Origin: Gammaproteobacteria bacterium
Lineage (GTDB): Bacteria > Pseudomonadota > Gammaproteobacteria > G965277405
Reading direction: 5' to 3'
DNA length: 32,000 nt
Assembly (NCBI GenBank): GCA_965277405.1
Contig: OZ255726.1
Span: 1,129,123 to 1,161,122 of the forward strand
The notes under the pieces are model-generated. The model was not told the DNA's origin. It made no database searches and saw only the letters and a list, made by a program, of their open reading frames with translations. Positions 8,508-17,195 of this stretch are shown in pieces (the stretch's first letter is position 1; every line of letters begins with the position of its first letter). Both the position numbers and the translations under genes were made by a program.

Positions 8508-8589
8508 ATTACATAGGGCAGCGGTAATGCCTTGTAATCAACGCCAGTTCGATACAAACTTGGCGTATTTGCAATTATTAATATATTAT

Positions 8590-9576
8590 ATGCAATACCC
8601 TCAAACTAGAATGCGCCGGCTACGCTCTGACGTATGGATACGGAAACTGGTACAACAAACATCGTTAAGCGTGCATGACTTTATCTACCCTGTATTCGTC
8701 CACTATGACCCAAACCATCGTCAGCCGATTGCCGCGCTGCCTGGGATTGAGCGGATGGGTAATACAGTGTTGCTGCGTCATTTGCAGCCATTGGTACGGC
8801 AAGGGTTGCTGGCGATTGCAATATTTCCTGTTATTGATGCTAACAAAAAATCAGCAGATGCTGCTGAGGCTTGGAACCCTAACGGATTGGTGCAACAAGC
8901 AGTCGTTAGTGTTAAAAAGCACTTTCCTCAACTTGGGGTGATTACTGATGTTGCCTTGGATCCGTATACCAGCCACGGTCAAGATGGGCTCATGGATGCG
9001 CATGGATATATCGTCAATGACAGCAGTTGCGATGTGTTAGTGAAACAGGCGTTGTCGCATGCAGATGCAGGTGCTGATATAGTTGCACCGTCTGATATGA
9101 TGGATGGGCGGATTGGGTTAATTCGCACTGCTTTGGAGGAACATGCGTATCCATTAGTTAAAATATTGGCATATAGTGCGAAATATGCATCAGCATATTA
9201 TGGACCGTTTCGCGCAGCGGTTGGTTCAGTACAAAGCCTTGCTGGTGCTAATAAATCAACGTACCAAATGGATATCGCCAACAGTGCCGAAGCGCTAAAG
9301 GAAATTCAATTAGATATCGATGAAGGCGCTGATATTGTTATGGTAAAACCGGCGCTACCGTATCTGGATATCATTCAGTCGGCACATAACATATTTAAAA
9401 CAACACCTGTGTTTGCATATCAAGTGAGTGGTGAGTATGCGCAACTCCAAGCTGCAATAGCCAATGGCTGGCTTGATGATGCGGCTATTGTCGAAGCATG
9501 TATGGCGATAAAGCGTGCGGGGGCGAGTGCAATGTTGAGTTACTTTACTCCGAAAATTTTTTCATTGCTGGCGTGA
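8590..9576 (+). CDS. hemB: Porphobilinogen synthase (delta-aminolevulinic acid dehydratase)
   Basis: MQYPQTRMRRLR... is a typical HemB N-terminus. Active-site lysine contexts SAKYASAYYGPFR and IVMVKPALPYLD are present. DVALDPYTSHGQDG is the Asp-rich (non-Cys, Mg-type) metal site. The start is set at ATG 8590 because upstream ORF codons lie inside repeat copy 2. Confidence 0.9.
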   Translation: MQYPQTRMRRLRSDVWIRKLVQQTSLSVHDFIYPVFVHYDPNHRQPIAALPGIERMGNTVLLRHLQPLVRQGLLAIAIFPVIDANKKSADAAEAWNPNGLVQQAVVSVKKHFPQLGVITDVALDPYTSHGQDGLMDAHGYIVNDSSCDVLVKQALSHADAGADIVAPSDMMDGRIGLIRTALEEHAYPLVKILAYSAKYASAYYGPFRAAVGSVQSLAGANKSTYQMDIANSAEALKEIQLDIDEGADIVMVKPALPYLDIIQSAHNIFKTTPVFAYQVSGEYAQLQAAIANGWLDDAAIVEACMAIKRAGASAMLSYFTPKIFSLLA

Positions 9577-10604
9577 GTAGTTTGCATGCGCTAAATGACG
9601 TTATTATTTCTCAACAGAACACTCTGGCTGTTCCAGCAATAGCAGATGCGCTTGTGGTTGTGAGCCACTTGCAAGATGTCCAACAATTGCCAGCCTTACA
9701 AGAGCGTCTGCAGTTGCCAATACTGCTGCTCGGTAGTGGGAGTAACGTGGTATTACCACAACGGTTGCATCGGCTAGTTGTTAAGTTGGCTGTTGGCAAA
9801 ATGAGTGTTCACGCAGAAGATGATGCGTCGATCATCATTGATGTGGCAGCGGGCTATAACTGGCATCAACTCGTCTACACGGCGACACAACGCGGCTGGT
9901 TTGGTTTAGAGAAGTTAGCGCTTATTCCAGGGACTGTTGGTGCAGCTCCTTTGCAAAATATAGGCGCATATGGCGCATCATTTAGTGATTGTTGTGTGGC
10001 GGTAGAATATTATGATTTGCAGCAGCAAACGTGGTGTTGGCGTGCTAGTGAGCGTTGTGAATTTGGATATAGAACGAGTTGGTTTGCCCACCAACGTCAG
10101 TTGATAGTTACTCAAGTCAGGTTGCGATTAGCTAAATTTGCAGCTGCTATTCAGCCTGAATATCAGCAGTTGCGAGATAGGTGTGGTGACCAGCTTGCGC
10201 CGATGGATGTGTTGCATGCGGTCATTGCCTTGCGTACAAGAAAACTTCATGACCCGCAGCGCACCCCAAATGCTGGGAGTTTTTTTCACAATCCTGTTGT
10301 CGATGTGGCGATTGCAGAGAATATTTGCACTAGGTTTCCACAAATCAAATCACATGTTCGTCAACAACAAGTTGTTATCCCTGCAGCTGCACTTATTGAA
10401 CACGCTGGTCTCAAAGGTTTTTGCGATAGTGTGTACAATGGTGCTGCAGTGTCGGGGCGACACGCGCTGTGTCTTATCAATTGTGGCCATGCAACAGGGA
10501 ATGATTTTTTGCGACTTGCCAAGCACATCCAGCGCACAGTATTGGCGCAATTTGGGGTATTGTTGACGATAGAACCGCAGGTAATTCAGCCCGTCCAACA
10601 ATGA
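9573..10604 (+). CDS. murB: UDP-N-acetylenolpyruvoylglucosamine reductase
   Basis: LLGSGSNVV, LALIPGTVGAAPLQNIGAYG, FGYRTS and NAGSFFHNP match MurB blocks. GTG 9573 overlaps the hemB stop (GTGA) and gives 343 aa, against ~342 aa for E. coli MurB. ATG 9498 would lie inside hemB. Confidence 0.85.
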   Translation: MSSLHALNDVIISQQNTLAVPAIADALVVVSHLQDVQQLPALQERLQLPILLLGSGSNVVLPQRLHRLVVKLAVGKMSVHAEDDASIIIDVAAGYNWHQLVYTATQRGWFGLEKLALIPGTVGAAPLQNIGAYGASFSDCCVAVEYYDLQQQTWCWRASERCEFGYRTSWFAHQRQLIVTQVRLRLAKFAAAIQPEYQQLRDRCGDQLAPMDVLHAVIALRTRKLHDPQRTPNAGSFFHNPVVDVAIAENICTRFPQIKSHVRQQQVVIPAAALIEHAGLKGFCDSVYNGAAVSGRHALCLINCGHATGNDFLRLAKHIQRTVLAQFGVLLTIEPQVIQPVQQ

Positions 10605-10632
10605 TGTAATCATAGGAGTAGCAGCAGATAAT

Positions 10633-11811
10633 ATGGCAGTATCGATACCAGCTTTTCCAGAGTTCTACACACATGAGTTTCGTACAGTTGTGGCAGCAAC
10701 GCATGTGCGGTATGCCAATCGTGACGATATGGTTATGATTGAATTACCCGATACTGCAACGATTGCTGGGGTATTTACGCTTAACGCATTTGCCGCGGCA
10801 CCTGTTAAGATATGTCGCAATCATATGCAGCGAGCAACAGCAAAATACCTCATCGTCAACTCTGGTAATGCGAATGCTGCCACAGGCGCCCAAGGGCTTG
10901 TCGCTGCGCAGGAGATTTTACAGCACTATGCCATTATGCTTGGATGTCATATTGAGCAAATCCTGCCGTTCTCTACAGGTGTGATTGGTGAGCAGTTGCC
11001 TATTGAGAAACTCAAACGTGGGTTTTCGTTGCCTATCGATTGGCGGCATAATGCTTGGCTACGCGCGACGCAGGCGATGATGACGACTGATACCCAAGCC
11101 AAAGCCGTATATTTACGCGATGGTGGTGTATATATTGCGGGAATTATAAAAGGGTCTGGCATGATTGAGCCACATATGGCAACCATGTTGGGGTTTTTAT
11201 TTACAAATATGACCGTAAATCAAGCAGATCTGCAGCAATTGCTGACGGAGGTTGTCGATGTTACTTTTCATTGTTTGACAATAGACAGTGATACATCAAC
11301 AAATGATAGTGTGATGCTTAGTGCAAGCAATACACAGCACATCAGTATGTCAAGGTTTTCCGTATTGCTCGAGCGTGCTTGTAGTCAATTGGCACAAATG
11401 GTGGCGCGAGATGGCGAAGGCGCGAGCAAGTTTATAACTGTGCAAGTATACGGTGAGGCACACCAGCAAGCTCGCAGTATTGGCAAAGCAGTGGCGAATT
11501 CACCATTAGTAAAAACTGCGCTGTTTGCTAGCGACCCGAATTGGGGAAGAATTATTATGGCCGTTGGCAAAGCTGGTGTGAATATCGACCAACGCTTGGT
11601 AGATATTTGGATAAATAATGCCTGTGTTGTCACAGCTGGCATGCAGGCAGCAAGCTATAGTGAAGCTATCGGTCAAAAGTTGTTACAGCAAGAAGACATT
11701 ACCATTGATATTTATATGCGAGGCAAAGGAACCCAGCCCCCGAGCGCGCGTATTTGGACATGCGATTTGTCTCATGAATACGTACGGATAAATGCTGAGT
11801 ACCGCAGCTAG
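10633..11811 (+). CDS. argJ: Bifunctional glutamate N-acetyltransferase / amino-acid acetyltransferase
   Basis: Self-cleavage site context GMIEPHMATMLGFLFT, then TNDSVM and DPNWGRI blocks. Confidence 0.9.
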   Translation: MAVSIPAFPEFYTHEFRTVVAATHVRYANRDDMVMIELPDTATIAGVFTLNAFAAAPVKICRNHMQRATAKYLIVNSGNANAATGAQGLVAAQEILQHYAIMLGCHIEQILPFSTGVIGEQLPIEKLKRGFSLPIDWRHNAWLRATQAMMTTDTQAKAVYLRDGGVYIAGIIKGSGMIEPHMATMLGFLFTNMTVNQADLQQLLTEVVDVTFHCLTIDSDTSTNDSVMLSASNTQHISMSRFSVLLERACSQLAQMVARDGEGASKFITVQVYGEAHQQARSIGKAVANSPLVKTALFASDPNWGRIIMAVGKAGVNIDQRLVDIWINNACVVTAGMQAASYSEAIGQKLLQQEDITIDIYMRGKGTQPPSARIWTCDLSHEYVRINAEYRS

Positions 11812-11844
11812 TATGTTGCATAGCCTCAAGCGTGTTCTTTTCCC

Positions 11845-14421
11845 ATGAGCACATTCTCGCTGAGCAATCATACGCCGATGATGCAGCAGTATTTGTCGAT
11901 AAAAGCCGCGCACCCCGATACGCTGTTGTTGTATCGCATGGGCGATTTCTACGAGCTATTCTTTGAAGATGCACAACGTGCCGCTGATTTGCTTGGGATT
12001 ACCTTAACCCATCGCGGCAAATCGAATGGCAAACCTATTCCGATGGCTGGCGTTCCGTTTCATGCTATCGATCGATATTTAAGCACCCTAGTAAAACTCG
12101 GTGAAACAGTGGCAATTTGCGAGCAAATTGGTAGTCCTGGCAACAGCAAAGGCCCTGTTGAGCGTAAGGTTGTGCGCATAATTACTCCAGGAACCTTGAC
12201 TGACGAGAGTTTGTTAGAAGCGCACCAACGCAATGTTTTGGTTGCAATATATCCGTATGGTGACACGCAATCTGCTTGGGGTTTGGCGAGTATTGCGTTG
12301 AGTGAAGGGGTTATTTTTGTGATGCATACCAGTGATCTTGTCAATGAACTGGCACGTATTAAGCCTGTCGAAATCTTGTATCCAGAAGAAGCGAAAATTG
12401 ATAGCAATTGGTACGCTGCATCATGGAAAAAACTGCACCAGTGGCATTTTGATGGAAATCAAGCCGTTGCTGAGCTAAGCAAACATTTCGGGGTTGCCGA
12501 CTTGCATTCATTTGGGTGCTTGGAGGTGCCACAAGCATTGGTTGCATGCGGTGCGCTGTGGTTTTATATTGTTGATACACAACGCCACGAAATATCCCAT
12601 ATCCACGATATTGTTGTCGAACAAACTAATGCGTATGTTTTGCTCGATGCAGCAACGCGGCGTAACTTAGAAATTGACGTGAATTTGCGCGGTGGCAGTG
12701 CAGCAACCTTGGTCGGCGTCGTTGATAAAACTGTAACAGGAATGGGTGCACGGCTATTACGCCAATGGCTGCACCAACCATTACGAGATCAACAACAAGT
12801 AACTGCAAGACATCAGGCTGTAGGCGCATTGATAGCCCAACAATGGTCTGGAGATGTTCGTGCAGAAATGCGAAAATGTGGCGATATCGAGCGGATTTGT
12901 GCACGCCTTGCGTTGGCAACCATCCGTCCGCGTGACTTTTTAAAACTCGCTGAGTCGTTGGCTGTTTTACCCGAGTTGATCGCAGTATTCGATGCATCAC
13001 CTCCAGGCTTATTGGGCGATGTCATCAACCAAATTGATGTTTTGGAAAAATTAACGGTATTACTGCATTCAGCAATAGATACGCATACACCAATGTTGTT
13101 GCGTGATGGTGGCGTGATCGCCACCGGGTATGACCGGGATTTGGACGGGTTGCGTAATCTGAGCGCAAATACCAATGAATACCTTGCCAAATATGAATTG
13201 CGCGAAAAGCAGCGGACCGGCATCCAAACATTGAAGGTGGGCTATAATTCTGTGCATGGGTATTATATTGAAATTGGTAAGGCACAACAAGCAGCAATCC
13301 CAGATGATTATCGCCGGCGGCAGACACTAAAAAATTATGAGCGATACATCACTCCAGAGCTTAAGGAATATGAAGATAAGATTGTAGGTGCGAGTCAACG
13401 GGCGTTGCAACGCGAAAAAGAGCTGTATACCCAGCTGATTGAGCGCAGTTTATCAGATTTAACTGCGCTACAGAGCAATGCGCGGGTGATCGCGGTGCTC
13501 GATGTTCTAGCAAGTTTTGCTGTATGTGCTGAAGAGAAACAATGGGCATGTCCAGAAATGACGGTTGCTGGACAGGTTACTATTCGTCAAGGGCGCCACC
13601 CTGTAGTTGAAGCACAACTTGGCAAAACATTTGTAGCCAATGATTGCGTGTTACACCAGAAAGAAAAAATGTGGTTGATTACTGGTCCCAATATGGGAGG
13701 AAAATCAACATTTATGCGGCAAGTGGCAGTGACTGTGCTGTTGGCATATTGTGGTTGTTGGGTTCCTGCTAGTTCAGCAACAATTGGTCCGATCGATAGA
13801 ATCTTCACGCGGATAGGTGCGGCTGATGATTTGGCTGGTGGGCGTTCTACGTTCATGGTGGAAATGATTGAGTCAGCAGAGATTTTGCGTCATGCTACCC
13901 GCGATAGTTTAGTGTTGCTCGATGAAATTGGCCGCGGCACGAGTACCTTTGACGGGCTCGCGTTGGCATGGTCCATTGCTAGCCACATTGCCAACTCTAT
14001 ACAGGCGTATGCCTTATTTGCGACCCATTATTTTGAATTGACGCAATTGCCAACTATTGCCCCAACTGTAGTAAACATGCACGTAGCGGCTAAAGAGCAT
14101 AAAGATCAAATTATCTTTTTGTATCAATTACGCCAAGGACCAGCTGGGCAAAGTTACGGGCTGCAAGTCGCAAAACTGGCTGGTATTCCAGCCGTTGTCG
14201 TCAAAGAAGCCAAGCAGTACTTGCAAGTTTTGCAACAATCACAGCCAGCAAATGAAACGATGTCTACTGTAGATTATGTTGATGATACAGTAGCTGAACC
14301 GGCGGCAATTGCTGCGTTGATTGCTGAGCTGGCATTGACAAGTCCAGATACATTGACTCCAAAACAAGCACATGATTTGCTGTACACATTGCAACAGCGA
14401 GCACTGCGTTGTATTGAGTAA
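11845..14421 (+). CDS. mutS: DNA mismatch repair protein MutS
   Basis: N-terminus [34 protein letters not shown], Walker [29 protein letters not shown]. Length 858 aa. Confidence 0.97.
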   Translation: MSTFSLSNHTPMMQQYLSIKAAHPDTLLLYRMGDFYELFFEDAQRAADLLGITLTHRGKSNGKPIPMAGVPFHAIDRYLSTLVKLGETVAICEQIGSPGNSKGPVERKVVRIITPGTLTDESLLEAHQRNVLVAIYPYGDTQSAWGLASIALSEGVIFVMHTSDLVNELARIKPVEILYPEEAKIDSNWYAASWKKLHQWHFDGNQAVAELSKHFGVADLHSFGCLEVPQALVACGALWFYIVDTQRHEISHIHDIVVEQTNAYVLLDAATRRNLEIDVNLRGGSAATLVGVVDKTVTGMGARLLRQWLHQPLRDQQQVTARHQAVGALIAQQWSGDVRAEMRKCGDIERICARLALATIRPRDFLKLAESLAVLPELIAVFDASPPGLLGDVINQIDVLEKLTVLLHSAIDTHTPMLLRDGGVIATGYDRDLDGLRNLSANTNEYLAKYELREKQRTGIQTLKVGYNSVHGYYIEIGKAQQAAIPDDYRRRQTLKNYERYITPELKEYEDKIVGASQRALQREKELYTQLIERSLSDLTALQSNARVIAVLDVLASFAVCAEEKQWACPEMTVAGQVTIRQGRHPVVEAQLGKTFVANDCVLHQKEKMWLITGPNMGGKSTFMRQVAVTVLLAYCGCWVPASSATIGPIDRIFTRIGAADDLAGGRSTFMVEMIESAEILRHATRDSLVLLDEIGRGTSTFDGLALAWSIASHIANSIQAYALFATHYFELTQLPTIAPTVVNMHVAAKEHKDQIIFLYQLRQGPAGQSYGLQVAKLAGIPAVVVKEAKQYLQVLQQSQPANETMSTVDYVDDTVAEPAAIAALIAELALTSPDTLTPKQAHDLLYTLQQRALRCIE

Positions 14422-14435
14422 AACTGTTATGAACC

Positions 14436-14731
14436 CTCTGATTAATTCCATGATGGCCGAGACGAAAAAAAACGCTGATGACACTTAAGCGCAGCACTTG
14501 ATAATACTGGTGGTCTTGTGGGTGTTGTCAAGTACTGCAACGACGTTGGCGCAGCGTTTTTTCCCGGAGTTGTGTTGAATATACTTTGGGTTTGCGGCAA
14601 TTGCTTACGCTTGCTGTGTTGCATCCATTGGCGGATATGCTACAGCATGCGCCTGCGGAATGCTCGCGGTTTGCGCCTTGCGATCATCAGCAATTGCAGG
14701 CAAACTCGTTCCATCAGCGAGTTAACCAGAG
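14436..14731 (+). repeat. MITE-like TIR-bounded repeat, copy 3
   Basis: Ends are CTCTGATTAATTCC (14436-) and GTTAACCAGAG (-14731). The core is shared with copies 1 and 2. It fills the mutS/pmbA convergent gap. Confidence 0.8.
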
Positions 14732-14736
14732 CTCCC

Positions 14737-16068
14737 TTATGCTCCTATAGTAAAACCATGAATCAGTATTGAACCTGTATGGATGGAGCTACGAGTGTCG
14801 ATATCATTACCATGTGCTTGGATGCCCGCAAAGATATCAATCAAATTTGCAGCCAAGGTGATCTCTTCGACAGCATGCGTGATTTTCCCTGCGGAAATCC
14901 ATTTGCCACTCGCGCCAAAAGAAATATCACCAGTGAGCGTGTTGGCACCTTGACCCATGATATCCGTACATAAAAAACCTGTGTGACATTGCTCCACGAG
15001 GGCGTCGAAGTTTGTTATGTGGTCACTTTCAATTGAAATAACACCAATATAACCGCCGTTACCAGTTGGTTTGGTGTTGCATTTGCGTGCATACACGATG
15101 TTAAATAAAAACTGTTTGAGGATGCCGTTTTCAATAATAGTTTTGTCTTGCGTGGCGATGCCATCTTGATCGTACCATGCGCTCCCGCTGATGCCACGCT
15201 GGTGGCATTGTTCGTGAACCTGTAGCCATGGTGGAAATATTTGTTTGCCAATTTTATCGATTAAAAAACTAGATTGTTTGAATAGATGTTTGCCATGACA
15301 GGCGCTCAGTAGTTGCCGCCAAACCATCTGTGCTACATCAGCATGCAGCAGCACAGGGTATGTGCCAGATGTTATTGTATGCGGTTGCAGTTTATCTAGC
15401 GCCTTATGCGCCGCATTGGTTGCGATAGCACTGCTGAATGGCATTTTAGTAACGTCGTGGTGCGTCACATAGTCGTAGGCAATTTGCTTTTTACCCGCGC
15501 TTGCAGCAATAACTGCACAAGAGGCTGAATATTGTGTTTGTTGCGTTTGTTGTGCCCAGCCGTGGCTGTTAAAAATCATTGTGGACTCGTTAGACTGGCT
15601 AAATGTACATTGCTCAACGCTAATACGATTATCGACGTTTGTAGCTGTACGTTCTAGTTGATTGCAGTAATCAATAGCTTGTGATGTAGACAAAGACGCA
15701 GGGTGATACAAGTCAAAGGAATTGTTGTGTATATCACGTTGTTTGGCTAAATACGTAAGTTCAGGTAACGCATAGTGGTGGTCTGCTTGGTTAAGTTCGG
15801 CTTGGCGGATGGTTTGCAGCAACAACGAATGCAGCGTATCAGCATCAATTTGATTGCTGTGTGAAACACTATGTCGACCATCACTAATAACCGTAACCGC
15901 AACAGCATATTCGTCAAAATCTTCCAGCTGTTCCAGTTGCAGATTTCTGGTTTCAATGTTTGTTCCACATTCATGGGAAATCACGATTTGGCATTGAACA
16001 CCATGTTCATTGGCAAGAGCGATAGTTTTCTCTGAGTTACTAATGATAGTTGCAATAGTATGATGCAT
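14737..16068 (-). CDS. pmbA: TldD/PmbA family metalloprotease subunit, PmbA (TldE)-like
   Basis: 443 aa. The C-terminal block GQGANTLTGDISFGASGKWI is typical of the TldD/PmbA family. I saw no HExxxH-type motif, which favours PmbA over TldD. Confidence 0.75.
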   Translation of the reverse strand: MHHTIATIISNSEKTIALANEHGVQCQIVISHECGTNIETRNLQLEQLEDFDEYAVAVTVISDGRHSVSHSNQIDADTLHSLLLQTIRQAELNQADHHYALPELTYLAKQRDIHNNSFDLYHPASLSTSQAIDYCNQLERTATNVDNRISVEQCTFSQSNESTMIFNSHGWAQQTQQTQYSASCAVIAASAGKKQIAYDYVTHHDVTKMPFSSAIATNAAHKALDKLQPHTITSGTYPVLLHADVAQMVWRQLLSACHGKHLFKQSSFLIDKIGKQIFPPWLQVHEQCHQRGISGSAWYDQDGIATQDKTIIENGILKQFLFNIVYARKCNTKPTGNGGYIGVISIESDHITNFDALVEQCHTGFLCTDIMGQGANTLTGDISFGASGKWISAGKITHAVEEITLAANLIDIFAGIQAHGNDIDTRSSIHTGSILIHGFTIGA

Positions 16069-16400
16069 GGTGATTTGCGAAGTCTAGTGGGGAAATAAGT
16101 TTGCGGATAAATTGTACTGATTGTAAGGTGAATTCACAAGCAGGTATTGGGCTGCGTTGTTTGCAACTAAACAACCTTCACGTTTACTACTCCTAACAAC
16201 CGCTGTAACCCATTGTAATTTATTTATAAATAGGATATAAAAGAGAGTAAGAGTTGCGCTATGGACGAATTGGCAATTATATGTTACTCAGCAACTGCCA
16301 ATAAATAACATAATAATGTAACTATCGCATTACTAAATATAACAAGACGATAACTATATATACGACCATCGCATTTTAGGACCACTACGAATCTTGTTTC

Positions 16401-17105
16401 ATGCGACTAAACTATAAATTTCAACATGCCGTGCTGCATGGCATAGCTGATAAATTACGTAATGTTCGACTGTTTGCTATAATAAGCGCAGGTTTTTTGG
16501 GATTGGTTTCAGGTTGTTCATTGCTTGGTCTTGCTGATGGTGCGGAAAATACGACGCCTGCTGACTCGTTGGCTCAATTATTAGGTAATCAGCTCGGCCA
16601 ACAAAAAACCAATCAACGGGTTTCAGCTGCTTCTATATATGGTGAGAAAGGCATTATTTTATATGATCCTTTAGGGAATGGTACGGATTTCGTGTTGGAC
16701 CCATCTGGGCGGATTGTGAAATCTGATTTAGACGCGGCAGAAACAGGATTAGAAATTAACGATTTGGAACGACGTTTTTTTCGTTCCAACAAGCATCTGA
16801 TTGATGCCGAAAGTTTATTTTATTCTGGTTTGTACGAAGAAGCACTCAACGAAACAAAAGCATCAATTGAGCTTACTCCGCGTTCAGCAAAAGCTTATGC
16901 AATAAAAGGTTCATTGGAATATAAGCTTGGGCGGCTAGAGCGTGCTAGAGCAGCTTGGATGGTTGCATTAAAGCTTGACCCAAAGATGAAAAGCGTGTCA
17001 CGCGCCCTCTATTTAACTTCTATTCCTGATGCAAATCAAAGAATAGCTGCAACAAGTGGCAGCACGGATAGCGCAGTAGTAGTTGGTGGGGGCACAGAAC
17101 AGTAA
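16401..17105 (+). CDS. Lipoprotein with C-terminal TPR-like repeats
   Basis: Lipobox GLVSGC after a hydrophobic stretch. TPR-like helices: YSGLYEEALNETKASIELTPRSAKAYAIKGSLEYKLGRLERARAAWMVALKLDPKM. Confidence 0.7.
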   Translation: MRLNYKFQHAVLHGIADKLRNVRLFAIISAGFLGLVSGCSLLGLADGAENTTPADSLAQLLGNQLGQQKTNQRVSAASIYGEKGIILYDPLGNGTDFVLDPSGRIVKSDLDAAETGLEINDLERRFFRSNKHLIDAESLFYSGLYEEALNETKASIELTPRSAKAYAIKGSLEYKLGRLERARAAWMVALKLDPKMKSVSRALYLTSIPDANQRIAATSGSTDSAVVVGGGTEQ

Positions 17106-17195
17106 TAATAATGAAAAATAATATTGCAGAGCATCCGTACATCTTATTCGGAAAGAGTCCGTGAATCTCATGCTTGATCAACTCCGTTTTTTATT

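Noticed and set aside
8299-8589. N-terminal 97-codon extension of the hemB ORF (the track starts at 8299)
   Set aside because: The extension lies almost entirely inside MITE-like repeat copy 2 and translates to Cys/Arg-rich nonsense. HemB homology begins at MQYPQTRMRRLR (ATG 8590), which gives the normal ~329 aa.
9498-9572. ATG 9498 as the murB start
   Set aside because: It would overlap the last 79 bp of hemB and add residues with no MurB similarity. GTG 9573 overlapping the hemB stop gives the expected ~343 aa.
16069-16400. Sigma28 (TAAA-N15-GCCGATAA) or sigma54 (TGGCAC-N5-TTGC) promoters upstream of the operon
   Set aside because: GCGGATAA at ~16103 lacks a TAAA at the correct spacing. 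TGGCAATTATATGTT at ~16272 has the GG element but no GC element at -12. These are too weak to call.
17111-17164. 17-codon ORF (MKNNIAEHPYILFGKSP) in the gap before the FliG-like gene
   Set aside because: It has no RBS and no support beyond being open. It is too short to evaluate and is likely chance in AT-rich DNA.
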